64,000 nt of DNA from Chloroflexota bacterium (lineage in GTDB: Bacteria; Chloroflexota; Limnocylindria; P2-11E). Of this stretch, positions 8,924-18,040 are shown one piece after another. Every line of letters starts with the position of its first letter. The first letter of the stretch is position 1. The stretch covers positions 256,163 to 320,162 of the forward strand of contig DAIDAP010000037.1 in the NCBI GenBank assembly GCA_027310565.1, written 5' to 3'. A model generated the notes under the pieces. It saw only the letters and a program-made list of their open reading frames with translations, made no database searches and was not told the DNA's origin. A program made the position numbers and the translations under genes.

Positions 8924-10477
8924 ATGAAGGACGGGCCGACCGCTGGGTCGGCCCGTCCCGTCCTCGAGATGCGCGGCATCACCAAGCGATTCCCGACGGG
9001 GACGCTGGCGAACGACGGGATCGACCTCGACGTCCGGCGCGGCGAGATCCATGCGCTCCTCGGCGAGAACGGCGCCGGCAAGACGACGCTCATGAACATC
9101 CTCTACGGCCTCCTGGTGCCTGACGCGGGAGAGATCCGGATCGACGGCGCGGTGGCGACGATCCACGATCCCGCGGACGCGATCGCGCGCGGCATCGGCA
9201 TGGTGCACCAGCACTTCATGCTCGTACCCGTCCTCACCGTCGCCGAGAACGTCATCCTCGGACAGGAGATCACGCGGGCCGCGCAGATCCTCGACCTGGC
9301 CGAGGCGGGCAGACGCATCCGGGCCCTCGGCGCCCGTCTCGGGTTCGATATCGACCCCGGCGCGCGCGTCTCCGGGCTCTCCGTCGGGCAGCAGCAGCGC
9401 GTCGAGATCGCCAAGGCCGTGTACCGCGACGTGCGGATCCTCGTCCTCGACGAGCCGACGGCGGTCCTCACGCCACAGGAGACCCGCGAGATCTTCGGCG
9501 TGCTGCGCGCGCTCCGTCAGGACGGCGCGAGCATCGTCTTCATCAGCCACAAGCTCGACGAGGTGCTCGAGATCGCCGACCGCATCACCGTGATCCGCCG
9601 TGGCAGGGTCGTGGGCAGCCGGCGACCCGGCGAGACGAGCGAGCAGGAGCTCGCGGACCTCATGGTCGGTCGGAGCGTCTCCCTCCGTGTGGACCGCGGG
9701 ACCTCCCACGCGGGCGCGCCCGCGCTCGAGATCGTCGGGCTCCGCGCGAACGACGACCGCCGGCACGAGACCGTCCGCGGCGTCGACGTCACCGTGCGTG
9801 CGGGCGAGATCGTCGGGATCGCCGGCGTGGCCGGCAACGGGCAGGACGAGCTCATCGAGTGCCTCGTCGGCCTCCGGCGGCCGACCGCGGGCGCCGTCCG
9901 CCTCGCCGGGCGGGACGTCACCCGCGCCAGCGTCGACCGGCGGCGCGACGTCGGATTCGCGTTCGTCCCGGCGGACCGCCACCGCTACGGGCTGGTCCTT
10001 CCGTACACCGTCCGGGACAACCTCGTCCTGACTCGCTACGCGGAGCGGCCGTACGTCGGCGGCCTCGGCACGTTCATCCGGCAGGATGCGGCGATCGACG
10101 AGGCGGCGCGGCGCCTCATCGCGGAGTTCGACATCCGCACGCCCTCGGAGCGCGACCCGGTGAGCACGCTCTCCGGCGGCAACCAGCAGAAGGTGATCGT
10201 CGCGCGCGAGTTCCGCCAGGACCTGAAGGTCATGGTGCTCGACCAGCCCACGCGCGGTCTCGACGTCGGCAGCATCGAGTTCATCCACAGGCAGGTCATC
10301 GCACGGCGTGACGCCGGCGTCGGCGTGCTCCTCGTCTCGGCGGAGCTCGACGAGGTGCTCGAGCTGTCGGATCGCGTGCTGGTGATGCATCGCGGCCGCA
10401 TCGTCGGCGAGTTCGCCGCCTCCGAGGCCCAGCGCGACCGCATCGGCCTCCTCATGGCGAAGGGCGCGGCGGCGTGA
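8924..10477 (+). CDS. ABC transporter ATP-binding protein with two fused ATPase domains (sugar/nucleoside importer type)
   Basis: Two Walker A (GENGAGKTT, GVAGNGQDE), two signature and Walker B motifs; 517 aa. Start ATG 8924 (MKDGPTAG); the upstream part of the 880-aa ORF is read-through across the SBP gene in another frame. Confidence 0.85.
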   Translation: MKDGPTAGSARPVLEMRGITKRFPTGTLANDGIDLDVRRGEIHALLGENGAGKTTLMNILYGLLVPDAGEIRIDGAVATIHDPADAIARGIGMVHQHFMLVPVLTVAENVILGQEITRAAQILDLAEAGRRIRALGARLGFDIDPGARVSGLSVGQQQRVEIAKAVYRDVRILVLDEPTAVLTPQETREIFGVLRALRQDGASIVFISHKLDEVLEIADRITVIRRGRVVGSRRPGETSEQELADLMVGRSVSLRVDRGTSHAGAPALEIVGLRANDDRRHETVRGVDVTVRAGEIVGIAGVAGNGQDELIECLVGLRRPTAGAVRLAGRDVTRASVDRRRDVGFAFVPADRHRYGLVLPYTVRDNLVLTRYAERPYVGGLGTFIRQDAAIDEAARRLIAEFDIRTPSERDPVSTLSGGNQQKVIVAREFRQDLKVMVLDQPTRGLDVGSIEFIHRQVIARRDAGVGVLLVSAELDEVLELSDRVLVMHRGRIVGEFAASEAQRDRIGLLMAKGAAA

Positions 10478-11613
10478 CGCGCCTGCGGGCCGCCTGGCGG
10501 GTGGCCTCGATCCCCGTCTACAGCATCCTGCTCGCGCTCCTGGTCGCCGCGGTCGTCATCATCGTCTCCAGCACCTTCACCGCGACCGGCTTCGACCCGC
10601 TGCTCCCGCTCGCGGCGTACCTGCGCCTGCTCATCGGCGCGTTCGGCAGCCCGAGCGGCATCTCGAACACGCTCGTCGCGGCCGCGCCGCTCATGTTCGG
10701 GGGCCTCGCCGTCGGCCTCGGGCTGAAGGCCGGCCTGTTCAACATCGGCGTCGCGGGCCAGTTCCTCGTCGGGGCGTTCGCGTCGGCGGTCGTCGGAGCA
10801 AGCCTCGCGGGGGCACCGATGCTCGTCGGGATGCCCCTCGCGGTGCTCGCGGGCGCCCTCGCCGGCGCCGCCTACGGCTTCATCCCCGGGTTCCTCAAGG
10901 CGCGCACCGGGGCCCACGAGGTCGTGACCACGATCATGCTCAACAACGCCGCGACGCTCCTGCTCACCTGGGCCGTCAACGACCTGGTCCGCGCACCAGG
11001 CTTCACCTTCCCTCGCACCGCGGCCGTCGGAGAGAGCGCCCTCCCGGTGCTCATCGGCCGCAACCTCCACCTCGGCGTGGTGCTCGCGGTCGTCGCGATC
11101 TTCGTCGTGCGGTGGGTCCTCGACCGCACGACCCTCGGCTTCGAGATCCGCACGGTCGGCCTGAACCCCGAGGCCGCGCGGTACGCCGGCATGCGGCCGG
11201 TCTTCATCACCGCGCTCACCATGACGCTCTCGGGTCTTCTCGCCGGGCTCGCCGGATCCATCCAGATGCTCGGGGTCATCGGCTTCTACGCTCCGGGCAT
11301 CACCGCGTCGGTCGGGTTCGACTCGATCGCCGTCGCGCTCCTCGGCCGGTCCGATCCGATCGGCATCCTGTTCGCGGCGCTGCTCTTCGGCGCGTTCCGC
11401 GCCGGGGCGCCGCTCATGCAGATCGAGACGAGCGTGCCGATCGAGGTCATCGACATCATCCAGGCCCTGGTGATCCTCTTCCTGGCGGCCGACCTCATCG
11501 TCCGCAGGCTGTTCCGCGTCCGAGCCGCGAAGCCTGAGATCGCCGAGCTGCAGACCGTCACCAAGACCTGGGGCGGCACCACGCCGAGCACGACGCCGGG
11601 CGGCGGGGACTGA
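10474..11613 (+). CDS. ABC transporter permease (BMP/ribose-type, first of two)
   Basis: Polytopic membrane protein. Start overlaps the ATPase stop. Confidence 0.8.
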   Translation: MTRLRAAWRVASIPVYSILLALLVAAVVIIVSSTFTATGFDPLLPLAAYLRLLIGAFGSPSGISNTLVAAAPLMFGGLAVGLGLKAGLFNIGVAGQFLVGAFASAVVGASLAGAPMLVGMPLAVLAGALAGAAYGFIPGFLKARTGAHEVVTTIMLNNAATLLLTWAVNDLVRAPGFTFPRTAAVGESALPVLIGRNLHLGVVLAVVAIFVVRWVLDRTTLGFEIRTVGLNPEAARYAGMRPVFITALTMTLSGLLAGLAGSIQMLGVIGFYAPGITASVGFDSIAVALLGRSDPIGILFAALLFGAFRAGAPLMQIETSVPIEVIDIIQALVILFLAADLIVRRLFRVRAAKPEIAELQTVTKTWGGTTPSTTPGGGD

Positions 11614-12647
11614 TGGACCTCCTCGCGATCCCCCGCCTCGTCTTCGAGTTCGCGGTGTACCTCCTCACGGTCCTGCCCGACCTGCTGCCGATCATCCTGG
11701 CGCTCGCGACGCCGCTCGCGCTCGGCGCGCTCTGCGGCGTGCTCAACGAGCGCTCCGGGGTCGTCAACATCGGGATCGAGGGCATGATGCTCATGTCCGC
11801 CTTCTTCGGGTACCTCACCGGTTTCGCGCTCCACCAGACCGTCGGCAGCGCGGTCGCGATCTGGCTCGGCATCGCCGTCGCGGTCGGCGTCGGCGCGCTC
11901 CTCGGGCTGCTGCACGCCTGGCTCTCCGTATCGGTGCGCGCCGATCAGATCATCGCGGGGACGATGATGAACATCGCGGCCCTGGGGGTCACCGGCTACC
12001 TCAACCGGCTCATCATCACCCCCTCCGGCCGCGGCGGCGCCGGGGTCATCCCGCCGTTCCGGATCCCGCCGGAGCTCGCCGACCTGCCGGTCGTGGGGCC
12101 GATCCTGGCGATGTTCCTCGACCAGGGGCCCATCGCGATGAGCGTGATCGTGTTCGTGCTGGTCCTCCAGTTCGGGCTGTTCCGGACCCGGTGGGGCCTT
12201 CGGACGCGCGCGGTAGGCGAGCACCCCAAGGCGGCCGACACGCTGGGGATCGACGTCTTCCGCCAGCGCTACCTCAACGTCATCCTCGGCGGCGCGCTCG
12301 CCGGGCTCGCCGGCGCGTTCCTCACGCTGGAGTCCACCGGCTCGTTCCAGAACGGGATGACCGGCGGCCGTGGCTTCATCGCGCTCGCGGCGATGATCTT
12401 CGGCCGCTGGACGCCGGTGGGCTCCTTCCTCGGGGCGCTCCTCTTCGGGACGGCGACGGCTTTCGGCGTCGTCGTGAGCGTGCGGCCGGCCGAGGGCGAC
12501 CTGGGCGTGATCTTGCGCTCGATCCCGACGTTCTGGTATGCCGCGCTGCCGTACCTGCTCACCGTGGTCATCCTCGCCGGGGTGGTCGGCCGCTCGGTCC
12601 CGCCGGCCGCCGACGGCGTCCCCTACGCGAAGGAGGGCAAAGCCTAA
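11613..12647 (+). CDS. ABC transporter permease (second of two)
   Basis: Polytopic membrane protein, paralogous to the preceding gene; ATGA-type coupling. Confidence 0.8.
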   Translation: MDLLAIPRLVFEFAVYLLTVLPDLLPIILALATPLALGALCGVLNERSGVVNIGIEGMMLMSAFFGYLTGFALHQTVGSAVAIWLGIAVAVGVGALLGLLHAWLSVSVRADQIIAGTMMNIAALGVTGYLNRLIITPSGRGGAGVIPPFRIPPELADLPVVGPILAMFLDQGPIAMSVIVFVLVLQFGLFRTRWGLRTRAVGEHPKAADTLGIDVFRQRYLNVILGGALAGLAGAFLTLESTGSFQNGMTGGRGFIALAAMIFGRWTPVGSFLGALLFGTATAFGVVVSVRPAEGDLGVILRSIPTFWYAALPYLLTVVILAGVVGRSVPPAADGVPYAKEGKA

Positions 12648-12677
12648 GCGCCTGCGGGATCGACAGGACGCCTGCGT

Positions 12678-12858
12678 CCGGTCAGACCATCCGAGGCACG
12701 CCCTCGTGGCCTACGAACCCCGTACCGGCGAGGAGCACGACAGACCTCTGACCACCCTCGGCGCGTCGTCGCCCAGGCGACGAACGGGTGCTGCTGTCCC
12801 CGTCTTGCACGGCGATATACCATCCCGCAAGGTCTGACCACCAGTCAGTCTGACCAGG
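12678..12858. promoter_or_regulatory. Three TGGTCAGACCA-type operator copies upstream of tctC
   Basis: cGGTCAGACCA at 12678-12689; GGTCTGACCA at 12831-12840 and aGTCTGACCA at 12849-12857 (reverse orientation of the same palindrome). They lie 27-50 nt upstream of the tctC start. Confidence 0.55.
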
Positions 12859-12884
12859 CGCGTCTCTAAAGAGAACCGAGGTGG

Positions 12885-13946
12885 ATGAAAGCGATGAGTC
12901 GTTCTGTAGCCCGCTCCCTCGCGCTGCTCGTGACCGTCACGCTGCTTGCCACCGGCTGTGCCAGTCCGGCGGCGAGCTCCCCGACGCCGTCGGCGGCAGG
13001 GTCGTCCGCGCCACCGGCCCCAACGGCCTCGGCCGCGCCGATTCTCACGCGCCCGGTCGAGTTCGTGATCAGCACCGGCCCCGGCGGCGGCTCCGACCTC
13101 TACGCGCGGCTGTGGACCGGGATCATGACGTCCCAGAAACTCGTCAACGTGCCCGTCGTTCCGGTGAACAAGCCGGGCGGCGCCGGGGCGATCGCCTTCC
13201 AGTACACCATCTCCAAGATCGGCGATCCCCACTACCTCATGGTGACGCTGAACAGCTTCTTCACCACGATCCTCGTGCAGAACCTGCCGTTCAAGTCGAG
13301 CGACTTCACCCCGATCGCGGTCTTGGCCAAAGACCCGTTCTTCCTGTGGGTGAACGCCGATAGCACGTGGAAGACGGCGCAGGACTTCATCGCCGCGGCC
13401 AAGGAGAAATCCATCACCGTCGCCGGCACGGGCTCCAAGCAGGAGGACGAGGTGATGTTCCGGCGCATCGAGAAGCTCGCCGGCACCAAACCCTTCAACT
13501 ACATCCCGTACGACGAGGGCAGCACCGTCGCGGCGTCCCTGGCGGGGCACGCGGGGGGAACCGAGGTCACGGTGAACAACCCCAGCGAGGGCCTCGGGCT
13601 GTGGCAGGCGTCACCGCCCAAGGTGCGGCCCATCTGCGCGTTCCTGCCCGATCCGCCCGCGGGCGCCTTCCAGGGCGTGCCCACGTGCAAGTCGCAGGGC
13701 CTCGACATCACCGACTACTTCAACCTGCGTTCAGTGGTCGGCCCGCCGGGCCTCAACGACGCCCAGATCGCGTACTGGGGTGACGTGTTCAAGAAGGTGA
13801 ACGACGCGAAGGAGTGGAAGGACTTCGTGACCCAGAACGTCCTCGTCGCCGACTTCAGGACCGGCGCGGACGCGAAGAAGCTCTTCGACGAGTACACCAA
13901 GCTGCACACCGACATCGCCATTCAGAACGGCTGGTACAACCCGTAA
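12885..13946 (+). CDS. tctC: Tripartite tricarboxylate transporter substrate-binding protein (TctC/Bug family), lipoprotein
   Basis: Lipobox LATGC. TctC-family core (VPVVPVNKPGGAGAIAFQY). A second in-frame ATG at 12894 has better RBS spacing. Confidence 0.8.
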   Translation: MKAMSRSVARSLALLVTVTLLATGCASPAASSPTPSAAGSSAPPAPTASAAPILTRPVEFVISTGPGGGSDLYARLWTGIMTSQKLVNVPVVPVNKPGGAGAIAFQYTISKIGDPHYLMVTLNSFFTTILVQNLPFKSSDFTPIAVLAKDPFFLWVNADSTWKTAQDFIAAAKEKSITVAGTGSKQEDEVMFRRIEKLAGTKPFNYIPYDEGSTVAASLAGHAGGTEVTVNNPSEGLGLWQASPPKVRPICAFLPDPPAGAFQGVPTCKSQGLDITDYFNLRSVVGPPGLNDAQIAYWGDVFKKVNDAKEWKDFVTQNVLVADFRTGADAKKLFDEYTKLHTDIAIQNGWYNP

Positions 13947-13950
13947 CCTC

Positions 13951-14436
13951 ATGCGTCCGTACCAGACGGCGACGGCGGTGATCTTCGTCTTGATTGCCGC
14001 CGTCGCCATGTTCGACTCGCGTGCCGGCGCGCTGCCCGATCCGACGGGCCTCGTTCCCGGCGGCCTGCGGGCGGGCTGGTTCCCGTTCTGGGCGGCCACG
14101 ATCGTCGCCCTCGCGGGCCTCGTGGCGACGGTCCGCGCCCTCACGACCGCCCAGCCCGCGGAGGGCGCCTTCACGGACCGCCGCCAGATCGTGGACCTCG
14201 CCAAGTTCGTCGTCCCGATGGCCCTCGTCGGGTGGCTCATGTCGCCCGGGTTGCTCGGGTTCTACATCGCGAGCGGGCTCTATCTCGGCTACTACGCCGG
14301 CGTCGTCGCGCGCTACCGCTGGTACTACGCGCTCGCCTCCGGCATCGTGATCCCCGTCCTCATCTACCTGTCGTTCGAGCTCGCTTTCAGCGCCCTGCTC
14401 CCGAAGAGCTTCCTCTATCCCACGCTGCCATTCTGA
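13951..14436 (+). CDS. tctB: Tripartite tricarboxylate transporter small membrane subunit TctB
   Basis: About 160 aa with 4 TM, immediately between tctC and tctA. Confidence 0.7.
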   Translation: MRPYQTATAVIFVLIAAVAMFDSRAGALPDPTGLVPGGLRAGWFPFWAATIVALAGLVATVRALTTAQPAEGAFTDRRQIVDLAKFVVPMALVGWLMSPGLLGFYIASGLYLGYYAGVVARYRWYYALASGIVIPVLIYLSFELAFSALLPKSFLYPTLPF

Positions 14437-14540
14437 TCGGAGGTCTCGTCTAGTGCCGTTCCAACTCGATCCCGCGATGAGACGGAATCCGCTCGAGCCG
14501 GTGGCCGCTGATCCCGAGCTCGCGGTGTCGGAGCACTAGA

Positions 14541-16082
14541 TTGGACGCCTTCGGCTCGCTGCTCGGCGGGTTCGGCACCGCGCTGCAACCGACCAACCTC
14601 GTGTTCCTGCTCGCCGGAGTCCTGCTCGGGCTCATCATCGGGGTCCTCCCCGGGCTCGGTGGGACCAGCGGCGTCGCCATCCTCCTGCCGATCAGTGTCT
14701 TCATCGCGCGGGACAACAGCGCCACGACGGCGATCATCTTCCTCGCCGGGATCTACTGGGGCGCGCTCTTCGGCGGGGTCATCACCTCGATCCTGTTCAA
14801 CATCCCGGGCGAGCCGTGGGCTGTGGCGCTCCTGTTCGACGGTTACCCCCTCGCCAGGCGCAGGGGCAAACCCGGGGTGGCGCTGGCGAGCTCGTTCGTC
14901 GCGTCGTGGGTGGGCGCGTTCTTCGCGACCATCCTGCTCACGTTCCTGGCGAAGACCATCGCCGACATCGCCCTCCAGTTCGGTCCAGCCGACCTGTTCG
15001 CCATCTTCGTCCTCTCGTTCGCGACGCTCATCGGTCTCGGCGCCGAATCGCCGATCAAGGCCGTCATGATGGTCGCTTTCGGGCTCCTCCTCGCGGCGGT
15101 CGGCTTCGACAGGATCACGGGCGAGCCGCGGCTCACGTTCGGGCAGGTCGAGCTGCTCAACGGCATCGGGTTCGTCCCGGTCACCATCGGGCTTTTCGGG
15201 ATCGGCGAGGTCATCGCCGCGAACGAGGAGGCCGCGATCGGCGCCGCCGGAGCCATCGCCGCGAAGGTCGGCCTCAAGGACCTGCTCGAGACGCTCGCCG
15301 CGCTGAAGCAGCGCTTCCTGCTCGTGGCGGCGAACGGCATCATCGGCTTCTTCTTCGGCAGCCTTCCCGGGCACGGCGCCACGGCCGGGTCGTTCCTCGG
15401 CTACGGCCTCGCGCGGCAGTGGTCGAAGAACAAGGAGGAGTTCGGGAAGGGCGAGATCTCCGGGATCATGGCGCCGCAGGCTGCCGCGGACGCGTCGGCG
15501 GTCGGCGCGATGGTGCCGTTGCTGTCCCTCGGCGTGCCGGGGTCGCCGACGGGCGCGGTCCTCATGGCCGGTCTCTTCATCTGGGGCTTGGTACCGGGAC
15601 CGCTGCTGTTCATCCAGCACCCCGAGTTCGTGTGGGGGTTCATCGCGAGCATATACGTCGGCCACTTCCTGACGTTCCTCATCACCCTCACGGCCGTACC
15701 GCTCCTCGCGCTCATCATGCGGGTGCCGCACGGGGTCCTCACACCGCTCATCATCATCATCTCGGTGATCGGCTCGTACACGCTGAACAACAGCATGCTC
15801 GACGTCGCCATCACGATCGTCGCCGGAGTCGTGGGCTACTGGCTGCGCAAGATGAAGTACCCGCTCGCCCCGCTCGTCGTGGCCGTCGTGCTCGGCAATG
15901 CGACGGAGGTGGAGCTCCGTAGGGCGCTCATCGGCAGCAGCGGGCAGTGGACCGTCTTCTTCACGAGCCCGGCGTCGGCGGTGTTCCTCGCGATCGCCGC
16001 CCTGCTCCTCGCGTGGCCGTTCATCGGCAAGGCGCTCCAGGTCCGACGCGTGTCCGCGGCCCCGCCCGCCGCCGCAAAATGA
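14541..16082 (+). CDS. tctA: Tripartite tricarboxylate transporter permease TctA
   Basis: 513-aa polytopic TctA-family protein (GLLIGVLPGLGGTSGVAILLP motifs). TTG start. Confidence 0.85.
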   Translation: MDAFGSLLGGFGTALQPTNLVFLLAGVLLGLIIGVLPGLGGTSGVAILLPISVFIARDNSATTAIIFLAGIYWGALFGGVITSILFNIPGEPWAVALLFDGYPLARRRGKPGVALASSFVASWVGAFFATILLTFLAKTIADIALQFGPADLFAIFVLSFATLIGLGAESPIKAVMMVAFGLLLAAVGFDRITGEPRLTFGQVELLNGIGFVPVTIGLFGIGEVIAANEEAAIGAAGAIAAKVGLKDLLETLAALKQRFLLVAANGIIGFFFGSLPGHGATAGSFLGYGLARQWSKNKEEFGKGEISGIMAPQAAADASAVGAMVPLLSLGVPGSPTGAVLMAGLFIWGLVPGPLLFIQHPEFVWGFIASIYVGHFLTFLITLTAVPLLALIMRVPHGVLTPLIIIISVIGSYTLNNSMLDVAITIVAGVVGYWLRKMKYPLAPLVVAVVLGNATEVELRRALIGSSGQWTVFFTSPASAVFLAIAALLLAWPFIGKALQVRRVSAAPPAAAK

Positions 16083-16165
16083 ACCCGATCGGGGTCGTCC
16101 TCGTGCGGTCGTGGAGCTCGGCCTCCGGAACGGCCTGGCATTCAGGAACGCCCGAGCGCCCACGT

Positions 16166-16194
16166 TTGACAACGTTCGCCACCGCCGATAGCCT
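16166..16194 (+). promoter_or_regulatory. Sigma70-like promoter (TTGACA-N17-TAGCCT) for the GntR/oxidoreductase operon
   Basis: -35 TTGACA at 16166-16171, a 17-bp spacer, and the -10-like TAGCCT at 16189-16194, immediately followed by the palindromic operator at 16204-16222. Confidence 0.45.
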
Positions 16195-16203
16195 CCGATT
16201 GAT

Positions 16204-16222
16204 TGGTCAGGCCACCTGACCA
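16204..16222. promoter_or_regulatory. Palindromic operator TGGTCAGG-CCA-CCTGACCA overlapping the predicted TSS (probable autoregulatory site)
   Basis: Perfect 8-bp inverted repeat built from the same TGGTCAG half-site as the other operator copies. Positioned between the -10 and the RBS AGGAGG (16226-16231). Confidence 0.55.
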
Positions 16223-16944
16223 GAGCAGGAGGCACTGGGGCCACGATCGAGCCGATCCGGCGCAGCAAGCTCTACCAGGGCATCGTCGAGCAGATCGAGG
16301 CACTCCTCGAGAAGGGCGAGCTCAGGCCAGGCGATCAGCTCCCGGCGGAGCGAACGCTGGCCGAGCAGCTCCAGGTCTCGCGTGCCTCGGTGCGGGAGGC
16401 GTTGCGCACCCTCGAGCTCCTGGGCGTCGTCGAGACGCGCGCGGGTGGCGGCACGTTCGTGCGCCGCGTGGCGCCGGACGACCTCATGCGCCCGCTCACG
16501 AGCCTCATCGCCCGCGGGCACTCGATCCCCGACGTCATCGAGTTCCGCGGGATCGTCGAGCCGGCGATCGCCGCGCTCGCCGCGAGGCGCATCGACGTCG
16601 CGCAGCTCGCGGAGCTGCGCGACCTCCTCGCCGCCCAGGCGCGCAAGGTCGACCAGAGCCAGCCGTACGTCGACGAGGACACCCGCTTCCACGAGGTCAT
16701 CGGCGAAGCCGCGGGCAACGAGCTGCTCACCACGATGCTCGGCGTGATCTGGGACGTCCTGCGCGCGTCGCGCGAGCAGTGGCTGCAGACGCATAGCCGC
16801 GCGCAGGCGTCGCTCGAGGCGCATCGCCGCATCTACGACGCTCTCGCGCGGCACGACGCCGAGGCCGCGCGGGCCGCGAGCGCCGAGCACATCCGCGCGG
16901 TCGGCGAAGGGATCCTGAAGCTGTTGGGAGGTCGGAATGGCTGA
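16216..16944 (+). CDS. GntR-family transcriptional regulator, FadR subfamily (N-terminal wHTH plus C-terminal FCD domain)
   Basis: wHTH ...LPAERTLAEQLQVSRASVREALRTLELLG is encoded upstream of the annotated 16390 GTG in the same open frame. FCD-type C-terminal domain. No canonical ATG/GTG/TTG exists between the in-frame stop at 16189 and the HTH, so the true start is unresolved (CTG 16216, ATC 16246, or a frameshift). Confidence 0.7.
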   Translation: MTRAGGTGATIEPIRRSKLYQGIVEQIEALLEKGELRPGDQLPAERTLAEQLQVSRASVREALRTLELLGVVETRAGGGTFVRRVAPDDLMRPLTSLIARGHSIPDVIEFRGIVEPAIAALAARRIDVAQLAELRDLLAAQARKVDQSQPYVDEDTRFHEVIGEAAGNELLTTMLGVIWDVLRASREQWLQTHSRAQASLEAHRRIYDALARHDAEAARAASAEHIRAVGEGILKLLGGRNG

Positions 16945-18040
16945 CGAGAAGTCGATCTCGGTGGAGGTCGTCTACCGGGGCATCTTCCAGAAGACGCTGG
17001 CGCAGCGCATCTGCCGCTCGATCGTCCTCGCGTCGCGCAAGAAAGGGCACACCGGCACCGCGTTCTCCCGCTACGGTGACTCGCCGGAGCGCAACGGCGT
17101 CCCGGCGAAGCAGTTCGCGATCGTCGCGGTCGACGAGATCGAGCTGGAGGCGTCGATGGCGAAGTACGAGCCGGCCGTCGTCGATATCTCGGTCGCCGTC
17201 GACGACACGCTCGTGAAGGGCGTCGAGTCGTGGGCCTGGTACGGACGGCAGCCCATCTGGAAGCCGATCCGCGAGGGCGGGACCCTGCTCGTCACGAGCG
17301 AGAAGACCCCGGGCGAGATCGTCGCGCAGTCCGACCGGACGCCGAAGCCCTACACGCTCGGGATCGTGCCCGGCGGCGCGTCGTTCGCCGGCCTGTGGGT
17401 TTACAAGGACGACCACACCGATTACCGCGTCCTGGGCGCGCTCGCGAAGGTCGCGCCGCGGTGGCTCCCGCTCGAGGCGGCGAAGCAGGCCGCCCTCGAC
17501 CTCGCGAAGGGCGACCGGTCGGCGGCGGCCTCCGTGCAGTACGGCTACGACGCGACCGTCCTGCGCCAGGTCGGGGCCGGTGAGGGCACCGACGGCCACG
17601 AGAAGCTCCAGTTCACCAAGCCCGGCTGGACGACCATGCGGCCGGGCATCGTCGTCGACGCGCGCAAGCCCGGCCAGCGCAATCCCCAGTACAAGAAGTA
17701 CACGGCCCGCACGCAGCGGCCGGTCGTGAACTTCGACACGTGCATCAAGTGCACGATGTGCTGGCTGGACTGCCCCGACGAGTGTTTCGAGGTGACGCCC
17801 GAGGGCCACTACGAGGTCGTCTACGAGGCGTGCATCGGCTGCGGCATCTGCGCGCAGGTCTGCCCCGTGAAGGACTGCATCGTCATGGTCGACGAGCTCA
17901 AGTTCGCCGACAACCGGGACAGGTGGCAGGACTGGAAGAAGGATCGCGGCGCGTACAACACGTGGTTCGAGAAGGTGAGCGGCGTCCCGGCCGACCCCAA
18001 GGCGGCCGCGCCGGCGTCAGCGGCGGGAGGTGATGACTAG
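16937..18040 (+). CDS. 2-oxoacid:ferredoxin oxidoreductase, fused gamma-delta subunit (PorG/PorD-like)
   Basis: N-terminal gamma-subunit fold plus a C-terminal 2x[4Fe-4S] ferredoxin (CIKCTMCWLDCP and CIGCGICAQVCP). The start overlaps the regulator stop by 8 nt. Confidence 0.8.
   Translation: MADEKSISVEVVYRGIFQKTLAQRICRSIVLASRKKGHTGTAFSRYGDSPERNGVPAKQFAIVAVDEIELEASMAKYEPAVVDISVAVDDTLVKGVESWAWYGRQPIWKPIREGGTLLVTSEKTPGEIVAQSDRTPKPYTLGIVPGGASFAGLWVYKDDHTDYRVLGALAKVAPRWLPLEAAKQAALDLAKGDRSAAASVQYGYDATVLRQVGAGEGTDGHEKLQFTKPGWTTMRPGIVVDARKPGQRNPQYKKYTARTQRPVVNFDTCIKCTMCWLDCPDECFEVTPEGHYEVVYEACIGCGICAQVCPVKDCIVMVDELKFADNRDRWQDWKKDRGAYNTWFEKVSGVPADPKAAAPASAAGGDD

Noticed and set aside
7835-10477. 880-aa ORF
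   Set aside because: Only the last 517 codons (from ATG 8924) are the tandem-ATPase ABC protein. The upstream part is an out-of-frame read-through over the BMP lipoprotein gene.
14415-16268. 617-aa minus-strand ORF
   Set aside because: Antisense to tctA; RD/E-rich low-complexity sequence.
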